Shown here: piece after piece, positions 45,649 to 54,704 of the stretch | Position numbering within the stretch: the stretch's first letter is position 1 | Layout: each line of letters starts with the position of its first letter | Virus record (IMG/VR): IMGVR_UViG_3300021197_000101 | Location: 1 to 56,239 of that record | From: a virus | Lineage: Duplodnaviria > Caudoviricetes | Reading direction: 5' to 3' (one strand) | Length of the DNA: 56,239 nt | The notes under the pieces: model-generated | The model's input: only the letters and a program-made list of their open reading frames with translations | Databases searched by the model: none | What the model was told of the DNA's origin: nothing | Made by a program: the position numbers and the translations under genes

Positions 45649-45810
45649 ATGGAGTTTGAGATTAACATTAGATTAAAAGTATATGAAGATGCAAACTTCT
45701 TGGAGACTTCTGGTGATAACACCGAGGTAATATCTGAGCTAGTTAAAAATTATTTATACGACATAGACGATGCAAAAGTAATAGAGTGTGAGGTAACATA
45801 TGATAAGTAA
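45649..45810 (+). CDS. Small acidic protein (53 aa)
   Basis: MEFEINIRLKVYEDANFLE...; hand translated. Confidence 0.55.
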   Translation: MEFEINIRLKVYEDANFLETSGDNTEVISELVKNYLYDIDDAKVIECEVTYDK

Positions 45811-46156
45811 AGATGATATAGAAGCTTTTGAAATATTTAATTCAAGTCAAATGAATGACTACCAAAGAGCTGCCGTAAGTACAGCCATATATAAAAAAGA
45901 ACATGCAGTAATATACCCTGCCTTGGGACTGGCTGCTGAAGCAGGAGAGGTAGCAAACAAAGTAAAGAAGATCCTACGTGATGGTAAGTTTGACAGAGAA
46001 GCTATTGCTGATGAAGTAGGAGATTGTATGTGGTACATTGCCGCATTGTGCAGGGATTTAAATATTGATATGCAAGATATTGCTAACAACAATATTAAAA
46101 AACTAAAGGATAGACTAGAGCGTGGTGTACTATCAGGATCGGGGGATAACAGATGA
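45800..46156 (+). CDS. mazG: MazG-like nucleotide pyrophosphohydrolase
   Basis: LGLAAEAGEVA.KVKK..RD...EVGD..WY...GSGDNR. Confidence 0.9.
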   Translation: MISKDDIEAFEIFNSSQMNDYQRAAVSTAIYKKEHAVIYPALGLAAEAGEVANKVKKILRDGKFDREAIADEVGDCMWYIAALCRDLNIDMQDIANNNIKKLKDRLERGVLSGSGDNR

Positions 46157-48048
46157 ATAATTATTTACCTACAGACTACCAAGCATTTATACACAAGTCA
46201 AGGTATGCAAAATACTTTGATGGTAAGGGTAGAGAGTCTTGGCCTGAGACAGTAAGTAGATACATAGCTAATGTTGTTCATACAAAAGTTGATGAGCAAA
46301 CAACAAATGAAATAGAGCAAGCTATACTTAGCCTAGAAGTTATGCCTAGTATGAGGGCTATGATGACTGCAGGTCCAGCATTAGAGAGAGACAACACAGC
46401 AGGGTACAACTGTTCTTACCTACCAGTAGATGACCCTAAGTCATTTGATGAAGCTATGTTTATCTTACTGTGTGGTACTGGTGTAGGCTTCAGTGTTGAA
46501 CGTCAGTTTGTACAGCAGCTACCAGAAGTACCTGAGCTGTACGAGAGTGAGACAATGATAGTTGTTAGAGATAGTAAAGAAGGTTGGGCTAAAGCCTTTC
46601 GACAGTTACTAGCTTTACTCTGGGCAGGTGAGATACCACAGTGGGATGTGTCTCGTGTACGTCCTGCAGGTGCAAGGCTAAAGACATTTGGTGGTAGAGC
46701 TAGTGGCCCTGCTCCATTGATAGAGTTGTTTAACTTTAGTGTACAAACATTTAAAGCTGCACAAGGACGTAGACTGTCGTCTATGGAATGCCATGACCTG
46801 ATGTGTTTTATCGGTCAGATAGTTGTTGTCGGTGGTGTCAGACGTAGTGCTATGATCTCCCTGTCTAACCTTAGTGATGACCGTATGCGTCATGCTAAGT
46901 CAGGGCAGTGGTGGGAGACAGCAGCACACAGAGCACTAGCTAACAACTCTGTTTCCTATACAGAGAAGCCTGACATAGAAACATTTATGAGAGAATGGAC
47001 TGCCCTAGTTGAGAGTAAGTCCGGTGAAAGAGGGATATTTAATCGTGAAGCATCTAAGAAACAAGCTGCAAAATTTGGTAGACGTGACCCTGACTTTGAG
47101 TTTGGTACTAACCCCTGTTCAGAAATTATTCTACGGCCTTACCAGTTCTGTAACCTTACTGAAGTTGTGGTTAGAGGAACAGATACAGTTGATGATCTTG
47201 AGCGTAAAGTTAAACTGGCAACTATTCTTGGGACTGTTCAGTCTTCCTTCACTAAGTTTCCATATCTGCGAAAAGTGTGGCAACGAAATACCGAAGAAGA
47301 ACGACTGTTGGGTGTGTCGCTCACTGGAATAATGGATAATAAACTATTAACATCTAAGAACAAAGGATTGGAGAAGACTCTTGAACATCTACGAGAAGTT
47401 GCTGTTAGTACTAACCTTGATTATTCTAATCGCCTTGGCATACCACAGAGTACATCTATCACCTGTGTCAAACCCAGCGGAACAGTTAGCCAACTTGTTG
47501 ACAGTGCCTCTGGAATACACGCAAGGCACAGCAACTATTATGTAAGGACGGTAAGAGGTGACAACAAAGATCCTCTAACACAGTTCATGAAGGATCAAGG
47601 TATACCGAATGAGCCTTGTGTATTCAAGGGAGATACAACTACAGTATTTAGTTTTCCTGTAAAGTCTCCCAATAAAGCTATTACTAGAAACGATATGACA
47701 GCCATAGAACAACTAGAGATGTGGCTTACTTATCAACGATCATGGTGTGAGCATAAGCCATCAGTAACTATCTCAGTCAGAGATGACGAGTGGATGGACG
47801 TTGGTGCATTCGTTTACAAATACTTTGATGAGATGTCTGGTGTGTCATTCTTGCCACACTCCGATCACACTTATCAACAAGCACCATACCAAGACTGTGG
47901 TAAGCATGACTATGAAATGCTACTATCATGTATGCCAGATAAGATTGACTGGTCTAAACTATCAGAGTACGAACAAGAAGATAACACCGTAGCTATGCAG
48001 ACGATGGCTTGCTCTGGTGATGTCTGTGAAATTGTAGATTTAACATAA
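46153..48048 (+). CDS. nrdJ: Class II (adenosylcobalamin-dependent) ribonucleotide reductase
   Basis: YNC, GTNPCSEI, TCVKPSGT, EHKPS, C-terminal ACSGDVCE; no beta subunit present. Confidence 0.92.
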   Translation: MNNYLPTDYQAFIHKSRYAKYFDGKGRESWPETVSRYIANVVHTKVDEQTTNEIEQAILSLEVMPSMRAMMTAGPALERDNTAGYNCSYLPVDDPKSFDEAMFILLCGTGVGFSVERQFVQQLPEVPELYESETMIVVRDSKEGWAKAFRQLLALLWAGEIPQWDVSRVRPAGARLKTFGGRASGPAPLIELFNFSVQTFKAAQGRRLSSMECHDLMCFIGQIVVVGGVRRSAMISLSNLSDDRMRHAKSGQWWETAAHRALANNSVSYTEKPDIETFMREWTALVESKSGERGIFNREASKKQAAKFGRRDPDFEFGTNPCSEIILRPYQFCNLTEVVVRGTDTVDDLERKVKLATILGTVQSSFTKFPYLRKVWQRNTEEERLLGVSLTGIMDNKLLTSKNKGLEKTLEHLREVAVSTNLDYSNRLGIPQSTSITCVKPSGTVSQLVDSASGIHARHSNYYVRTVRGDNKDPLTQFMKDQGIPNEPCVFKGDTTTVFSFPVKSPNKAITRNDMTAIEQLEMWLTYQRSWCEHKPSVTISVRDDEWMDVGAFVYKYFDEMSGVSFLPHSDHTYQQAPYQDCGKHDYEMLLSCMPDKIDWSKLSEYEQEDNTVAMQTMACSGDVCEIVDLT

Positions 48049-48057
48049 GGAGATACC

Positions 48058-48528
48058 ATGTTACAACCAATTAAAGGATCATATTACAGAAAGTTTCAAC
48101 CTCAATCATACGCAGAGAATGACAGTAAAGCTAAGACAACAATAACAAATTACTTAGAAAGTAATGGGCATACTATCCTTGACACAGAGGAAGACTTTTC
48201 TTTTGATATAAAGAGTAAGAAGAATGATGGTATGTATTACTCTGAAGTAGAGATGAAGAACCAATGGACAGGTGATTGGAATCCCAAGTGGAAAGAGATA
48301 CGTATACCTTACAGAAAGTACAGACTTATAAACAAGTACAAGAAGGTAGAGGGTGACAATACTTATTGTAACTTCTATGTCATACGTAGTGACTGTAAAC
48401 AAGCATGGAGAATCAAAGACTTTCAACTTACTGAAGAGTGTTCAAAAGAAATATGGTTAGCTAACGCTAGACGATATGAATATTTCTTTCACATTCCTTA
48501 CGGTGAAGCAGAACTTATAGAGGTGTAA
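48058..48528 (+). CDS. PD-(D/E)XK-like endonuclease, putative
   Basis: FDI...EVEMK..W...IRIP.RK. Confidence 0.55.
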   Translation: MLQPIKGSYYRKFQPQSYAENDSKAKTTITNYLESNGHTILDTEEDFSFDIKSKKNDGMYYSEVEMKNQWTGDWNPKWKEIRIPYRKYRLINKYKKVEGDNTYCNFYVIRSDCKQAWRIKDFQLTEECSKEIWLANARRYEYFFHIPYGEAELIEV

Positions 48529-48529
48529 C

Positions 48530-48790
48530 ATGGAAGAAGAAGAATTTCAAATTTCTGAATTGTTTGATGATGTGGAGGACTATGTAAATAGTCCACCTCA
48601 TTATGGTAAAGGTAGAATAGAATGCATAGAATACATAAAAGATTTTCTATCAGATGATGAATACACTGGCTACCTTCGAGGCAACATAGCTAAGTATCTT
48701 CACCGTTGGAGATATAAAAATGGTGTAGAAGATCTAAAGAAAGCACGTTGGTATCTTGAGGCTTTAATACAACAGCAGTCTAGGAAATAA
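48530..48790 (+). CDS. DUF3310 / T7 gp1.7-like nucleotide kinase
   Basis: VNSPPHY...IECI...GNIAKYL.R..YKNGVEDLKKARWYL. Confidence 0.85.
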   Translation: MEEEEFQISELFDDVEDYVNSPPHYGKGRIECIEYIKDFLSDDEYTGYLRGNIAKYLHRWRYKNGVEDLKKARWYLEALIQQQSRK

Positions 48791-48791
48791 A

Positions 48792-49001
48792 ATGAACAAT
48801 ACAAAAAAGAAAACTCTCGAACAAGAAGCTCAAGAGTTTCGTAAATTAAAAATTGTTGAAGAGCCACCTATGTCAGCTCGCATATATCTAGCAGGTCAAG
48901 CACTGTCAGGGTTGCTTGCCGCTAGTCGTGGTGGTTCTGTCAGGCTTAGTGAGGTAAAGAGAGAAGCCTACGAGTGGGCAGATAGAATGCTAGAGGATTA
49001 G
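48792..49001 (+). CDS. Hypothetical protein
   Basis: R.YLAGQALSGLLA...AY.WAD.ML. Confidence 0.7.
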   Translation: MNNTKKKTLEQEAQEFRKLKIVEEPPMSARIYLAGQALSGLLAASRGGSVRLSEVKREAYEWADRMLED

Positions 49002-52000
49002 TTGGTTGCTCTTTTTTTGAGGTATTTCTCGTACTCTAGGTATGCCTCAAGAGTATCTAGCTGTTCATCTGTAAGATCTTTAAACTCAACTTTTTCTCCT
49101 GTTTGTTCTTGCATCATGGCAAGACCTCTGTCAATCTTATTCCAGTTATACTTACTACCTATGTCTATCATCTTGGCTAAAATTATATCATCAGTTTCAT
49201 ATATACCACGTTCCATAAATGTTAGTGTAGTTGCTCTGGCATCACTAAACATATTGTTTACTAAGTTTGTTCTCCACTCTAGTGTAGGTATTATTTTACG
49301 AGAACCTTTAGCTTCCCTAAACTTAGGACTCTTTATCAGTTCAGACGACATGTGTTCTACAACTTCATGAAACAGTTGATTGTATCTATTATCTGCCTTA
49401 GCACTTTTAGTTCTTAGGTTAGCTAAGTAAGTTGGTCTACCAATTATACTCAACACCTTCTTGGTGTCAGACATTTCAACTTCTCTATAGCCAAGTTGTT
49501 TAGCTGCATCTAATTTTATCTTTCCTGTAGCAGCATTAAACTTTTCCTCAGATATATCTTCACCACTTACTACAGCAATGATCTGATCCATATAACGTAG
49601 TGAATTGTTTAATGTTTCACTACCTTCTTTTCTGTTGACCATCTTGTAGTCATTACCTCTGGCTAAACCAACAGCAGTATTAACAGGGTCTAAGAATCTA
49701 GTTGACCCTGATACAGCCTGAGAAAAGATCTTACCCCAAGGTTTAACAAATGATTCTCTAGCTCTACTACCTGCCGAAGTTTCCCAGTCTGTTGCAGCTA
49801 CAACAACAGTATCACCTAGACCATCAGTTATCTGATTAAGCTGTCTTGTAAGTTGTCCCGGTCCAAGCACTTCTATAATCTGAGCTACCTCTTCTCGTGG
49901 TGGTGTTGTTCCATCAAGAGCATAGGAAAGAAGTCTACCTAAACCTTTGGCATGAGATATTGGAAAGTCATACTTTATATCTTTAACACCACCAGTTTTA
50001 CCATCAATAGATTCATTCCAAGCTAAACCAAGTTCTTTATTTAACATTTCATTTTGAGCTAGTCCATATATAGCTGCTAGACCTACTGCACCACGAACAG
50101 TATTTTCTCTGATACCCCTTTGAGTTCCGGTCTTTACACCTGCTATTTGTAGAGCAGCAGTAATACCTGTTCCATCAGACATAAGAGCCATAGTGTTGTT
50201 AAAGAATCTACCAAACGGTATTAACAAACCAAGACCTGCAACATCTCTGGCCTCTTCTATAATCTTAGGTACAAACCCTGCGTCTTTATACGACAAAGCA
50301 AAGGTAGCTTTCTGTGTTTCGTATACTGATTTGTTTAATATATCCATGTACTCTTTACTTGCTATAAGTTTAGCAGCGTTAGGATCATTAAAAAATTCAT
50401 TAAAGTTTTTATTAAAACCTATTCTTAATCCTTTATCTAATTGATGTACAAACTCTTGAGACTTTGTAAGTATGTCTTGACCATGTACAAAGTTTATTGT
50501 TTGCAGTATGTCAATACCCTTATCAACTTGTAAACCCATCATGCTTTTAGAGTAATCTATCTCCCCACCAAAAGCTTTCTTTAAAGCGTCATCAACTTCT
50601 ATACCACCATTCATAGCAAATGTAAGTTGCCTTAGTGCATCAGGATTTTTATTTGCAATGGACATGTATGCATCGTAAGTCATACCTGTATCCATAAGAT
50701 TTTTTAATCTTTGAACTTGTGCTAAACTTAATTGCTTAAAGATACGTAAAGACTCTGCAGCATTTTTACCATCACCTAATATTTTATTTAAACCTGCTTG
50801 ACCTAAGTAAGTTAAAGCAAGTCCTGCATCAGTAATTGTGTTTATGCTGACAGCAGAACCATAACCCACTAGGTTAAGGTAAGATGTACTAGGAGCTGTA
50901 ACAAGTAGACGAATAACTTTACGCTGTGCATCTACTACAGTTTGATTTACTTTACCTAACCAACTAACTTTCTTAGTATCTTTAAGATCTAGTTTGTTGT
51001 CTATGTTAAGTAGTGCTGCAGCAGCATCTGATATAGATACCCCCTCAGCTTGTACTCTTGATATACCTAATCTTTTTGCAAACTGACTTGCAGCATTCAT
51101 CAAGCGACCTTGGTCACTCATCTTTTTTGCAAATATGTCTGCAAAATTTTCCATATTTATTTTTCTTTTACCTGCTTTATCACCAAGATCTACCATCTTG
51201 ATACCAGTAGCTTTAGTAAAATCTTTTATAAATTGTTTTGCAACTTTAGGGTCAGTCTTTTTTAATACATCTGCAATATAATTAGATACACCATCTTCAG
51301 GTGTACGTTTTATAAACACATGTCCTTGCTCTGCAAATATTTGAGCCATACCTTTAATACCAAGATCATCATCACCCATTAAAAATTTAATAAAGAAATC
51401 TGTATCTAAGTCCTGAAGCTCTGCACCACGAAGTGCTTTATCTCTTAATGTTTCGGTAAAAGGTGTATCTTCTTTTAAAATTTTTAGAGCTTCTGTTGGA
51501 TCAAACTTTTTTGGTACTTCTACATCTATGTCTGGTTGTGCCAGTGCATTCTTATTTTTTTGTAGTGCAACTGTACCAAATCTAACACCACCAATAATCA
51601 GAGTTCCTACACCTGCAAGACCTAGATTAATTTTATTTACTTCTTCTTGTACACCAGTTCTTACAAGACCTTTTTCATAGGCATAAGCAGAACCTACATT
51701 GACTGCCATTTCGACAGCCATGTTTGCAGTTATCTCTTTTGCATTAGACTTAAGTCTGTTCTTAATTGTATCGGGGATTTTATCTCTAGCTTCTTTTTTA
51801 GCAACTGCTTTAGTTGCATTATCTTTAGAAACTTTTTTAAATGTTTCAGTGAACACTTTATTAGCTGCTTTTTCTGCAGCTTCTGCGGCAACACCTTGTT
51901 GTAGTTGCCTTCTGTAACTGGCTATAGCGGCTCTCTGTGCTAGTTTAGCAGCAGCTTTACTACCAGTACCAGTAAATAATTTACCTATACCAAAACCAAT

Positions 52001-52438
52001 TAGGTTAACTGGGTCAGCTAGTGTAGTTCTTGTGTAGTCTCCTACGGCTTCTAGTTTTTCTCCTGCAGTAGTCTCTCCACTAAAGACTCCAGCCATGTTT
52101 TCAAAAAGCTCGTATGCTTTACCAACATTTGCTAGTTCTTCAGAGTCATCTTCAAGACTGTTTAGAAATGCTACTTCACCTACAGTTCTTACAGAGTTAC
52201 CACCAGAAAAACCTCTCATGTTATTGAGAAATTTATTTACAACTTCTTCTCTATTATCTTTACGAAACTCATCGACACCAAATCTAGTTTCCATATAGTC
52301 TCTAACTGTACCAAAGTATCTATCACTGGTTAAGTCGTTTTGAGAATATGTTCCAAACTCTATTGGCTCAGGTTGTTGAACTATATTTTGTTCTTCCGAC
52401 ACAGGAGTGCCAGCTAGATAGTCATCAAATGCACCCAT
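48998..52438 (-). CDS. Large internal virion (ejection) protein
   Basis: 1146 aa, helical; DPVNLIG.G, PFGRF; last gene of the structural arm. Confidence 0.7.
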   Translation of the reverse strand: MGAFDDYLAGTPVSEEQNIVQQPEPIEFGTYSQNDLTSDRYFGTVRDYMETRFGVDEFRKDNREEVVNKFLNNMRGFSGGNSVRTVGEVAFLNSLEDDSEELANVGKAYELFENMAGVFSGETTAGEKLEAVGDYTRTTLADPVNLIGFGIGKLFTGTGSKAAAKLAQRAAIASYRRQLQQGVAAEAAEKAANKVFTETFKKVSKDNATKAVAKKEARDKIPDTIKNRLKSNAKEITANMAVEMAVNVGSAYAYEKGLVRTGVQEEVNKINLGLAGVGTLIIGGVRFGTVALQKNKNALAQPDIDVEVPKKFDPTEALKILKEDTPFTETLRDKALRGAELQDLDTDFFIKFLMGDDDLGIKGMAQIFAEQGHVFIKRTPEDGVSNYIADVLKKTDPKVAKQFIKDFTKATGIKMVDLGDKAGKRKINMENFADIFAKKMSDQGRLMNAASQFAKRLGISRVQAEGVSISDAAAALLNIDNKLDLKDTKKVSWLGKVNQTVVDAQRKVIRLLVTAPSTSYLNLVGYGSAVSINTITDAGLALTYLGQAGLNKILGDGKNAAESLRIFKQLSLAQVQRLKNLMDTGMTYDAYMSIANKNPDALRQLTFAMNGGIEVDDALKKAFGGEIDYSKSMMGLQVDKGIDILQTINFVHGQDILTKSQEFVHQLDKGLRIGFNKNFNEFFNDPNAAKLIASKEYMDILNKSVYETQKATFALSYKDAGFVPKIIEEARDVAGLGLLIPFGRFFNNTMALMSDGTGITAALQIAGVKTGTQRGIRENTVRGAVGLAAIYGLAQNEMLNKELGLAWNESIDGKTGGVKDIKYDFPISHAKGLGRLLSYALDGTTPPREEVAQIIEVLGPGQLTRQLNQITDGLGDTVVVAATDWETSAGSRARESFVKPWGKIFSQAVSGSTRFLDPVNTAVGLARGNDYKMVNRKEGSETLNNSLRYMDQIIAVVSGEDISEEKFNAATGKIKLDAAKQLGYREVEMSDTKKVLSIIGRPTYLANLRTKSAKADNRYNQLFHEVVEHMSSELIKSPKFREAKGSRKIIPTLEWRTNLVNNMFSDARATTLTFMERGIYETDDIILAKMIDIGSKYNWNKIDRGLAMMQEQTGEKVEFKDLTDEQLDTLEAYLEYEKYLKKRATN

Positions 52439-52439
52439 G

Positions 52440-53372
52440 TTACATTCCTAAAATATATTCTGCAGCACCTTGTCCATACTGTATATTAAATGCTCGTATA
52501 GCTTCAGGGTCATCCCTGTTTTCTTTTAATCTTTCTACATGGCTTGGAATAAAGACATACTTGTCAAGTTCTCCAGATACTCCCGGTATAAATAAAGGAT
52601 CTCCAGTTTGTTTTAACTTATCTAAAACTATTGGTCCAAACATCACACGCAAAGGTGATGGATCACTATCGTAATTTCCAATCGCCTTGTTTAACTTTAC
52701 TGCTTCTGGAACATTCCTGTCAGGAAACTGACTTAGTTGGTTGTTAGCATATGCAAGTAGTGAGTTATCAAATGATTTTCTTTGCTTGTCACCATCTATT
52801 TTACCTAAATATGCAGGAGCTATTTCAACACCAACCTGTGGTCTAGTAACAGGAGATAAAGCACCTATTCTAGAAGTTATAGATGCCAACACTTCATCAT
52901 CTAATAATGATCTTGGATCAGTTAATAATGTCTGACCTATAGATACACCTTCTTCATAAGCTTTCATCCAACTTTCATCACCATAATTTTCAGCAACAAT
53001 TACTATATTATCCATTAGATCTTGACCAGTTGGTAAAGTTCCTACATTATTACCTCTAGTTTGAATAGCTTCAAGCACTGTCTTAAGAGCAGTTGGAGAT
53101 GCTGCAAGTTTTGCAAGATAATCATTACCACCTTCAACATCACCTAGAAGTCTTTTAATTTTATCAAGACCAACTTGATTTATAATCATAGGATTTTTAC
53201 GATCACCTATATGTTCTGAAACACTTGTAAGTCTACGAAGCATTTTGTTTTCATTAAACTGTTCATCAAGTCTTTTTTGTTCGTCCCTTTTATATTCTCT
53301 ATCTTCTTTATCTGCCATTCTTTTTTCATGAGCAGCAAAACCTCGTTCAATACCTTGCCAAACACCAGCCAT
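52440..53372 (-). CDS. Internal virion protein (putative)
   Basis: MAG.WQGI..G start; F...YG.GAA end; position. Confidence 0.65.
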   Translation of the reverse strand: MAGVWQGIERGFAAHEKRMADKEDREYKRDEQKRLDEQFNENKMLRRLTSVSEHIGDRKNPMIINQVGLDKIKRLLGDVEGGNDYLAKLAASPTALKTVLEAIQTRGNNVGTLPTGQDLMDNIVIVAENYGDESWMKAYEEGVSIGQTLLTDPRSLLDDEVLASITSRIGALSPVTRPQVGVEIAPAYLGKIDGDKQRKSFDNSLLAYANNQLSQFPDRNVPEAVKLNKAIGNYDSDPSPLRVMFGPIVLDKLKQTGDPLFIPGVSGELDKYVFIPSHVERLKENRDDPEAIRAFNIQYGQGAAEYILGM

Positions 53373-53902
53373 TATGAAACCTCCCTTGCCATAAGACCTT
53401 TAGGTTTTTCTTCTTGCATTTCAGGCTGCTCCATAGGCATCTCTTCTTGCATAGGTTCTTCTTTCATAGGAGATAGGTCTATATCTTCTTCTTCATTGTC
53501 TATATCTTCTAGAATTTTTCTAGCTTCTTGTTCGTTTATTTGAGAGTTTAGGGCATCCATATCCATCTTGTTTTCTGAAAGACCTTCTTTATAATCTATA
53601 CCAGCTGCATCTGCTGTACCTGTTATGTACTCATGTATGACTGGGCCTATAATTAAAGATGTATCAATAGTATGTATACCCTCTGAAACAGCACCTCTAA
53701 GTATACCTTCAGTTAAGGTTACTACATCCAACCCAAGTTCAAGTAAACCCAAACAGGCTTTAGTTTTTTCAGGGTCATCTAACCTATCCATGTGCCACAT
53801 CAATGCATCTTCTGGATTTGAATACTCTGGTGGATTTTCCCAAGGATAATTTTTAGGTTCAGTTGTTAGAGACTGTCCCGGAATTGGTGCATTAAACATC
53901 AC
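53372..53902 (-). CDS. Conserved hypothetical virion protein
   Basis: APIPGQSLT.EP...PWE.PP; C-terminal KGLMAR. Confidence 0.7.
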   Translation of the reverse strand: MMFNAPIPGQSLTTEPKNYPWENPPEYSNPEDALMWHMDRLDDPEKTKACLGLLELGLDVVTLTEGILRGAVSEGIHTIDTSLIIGPVIHEYITGTADAAGIDYKEGLSENKMDMDALNSQINEQEARKILEDIDNEEEDIDLSPMKEEPMQEEMPMEQPEMQEEKPKGLMAREVS

Positions 53903-54690
53903 TCAATCCTCCCATAATAATTTTCAATACTTCTTTTTGTTATATCACCACCGCCTCTAGGCCTCCAACCGGGATTTTGTTTCCAAGCTTTACTATTCTT
54001 TTTGTATACGACTGTGTCGGGACTAGCATTTCTAAAAGCAGGGGCAGCTTGAATTATACCTAATCCATAACTACCATCATAACCCCAACGTTTTAAATAT
54101 AATCCGTATACGGAGAGTTGTTCTGCAGGTTCCATGTTTAAAACTTCATCAGGTGTAAAACCCAGCTCTGCTAGAGGATCTTCCATCATTTGAAACATAC
54201 CTACTGCACCTGCCGAACTAACTTCTGTTGAATCACCTTTAGATTCACCCTCAATAATTTTAAAAACTTCGTGTTCAGTAACACCCGGAAAATCTTTTTT
54301 AAGTTTTTTCAGATTTGATAAAAAAGCAGGGTCAGATTTAAACTTGTCAGGCATTTCTGGATCTTTTAATCTAGACACTACTTGTTCATAGGTCTTTGGT
54401 TTTAAAGATGTTTCTGTGTTAGCTTTTTGTAAAGCTTCTTCTACTTGTTCGGCTAAACTTTTATTAGAAGCTTGTAATCTGTAAAAGAACTTAGTCAAAA
54501 AACCGTCTTCAGATTCTGACTCTTTTTCTCTACTTGGAATAAGAGACTTCTTAGCAATACCTTCACCAGTAAGTAGAGCTGTATCTATCTCATTATCAAC
54601 AAACTTACGTTCTCTTTTACCAAGACCTTTCTGTTGTAATCTAAGAGTTCCTGCCTCTCTAGCTGATGTTAAACCTTTTTGATACGACAT
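53899..54690 (-). CDS. Virion-associated lytic transglycosylase (lysozyme-like)
   Basis: IIEGES.G...GAVGMFQ motif in C-terminal half. Confidence 0.7.
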   Translation of the reverse strand: MSYQKGLTSAREAGTLRLQQKGLGKRERKFVDNEIDTALLTGEGIAKKSLIPSREKESESEDGFLTKFFYRLQASNKSLAEQVEEALQKANTETSLKPKTYEQVVSRLKDPEMPDKFKSDPAFLSNLKKLKKDFPGVTEHEVFKIIEGESKGDSTEVSSAGAVGMFQMMEDPLAELGFTPDEVLNMEPAEQLSVYGLYLKRWGYDGSYGLGIIQAAPAFRNASPDTVVYKKNSKAWKQNPGWRPRGGGDITKRSIENYYGRIE

Positions 54691-54704
54691 ATTAATTATA
54701 CCTT

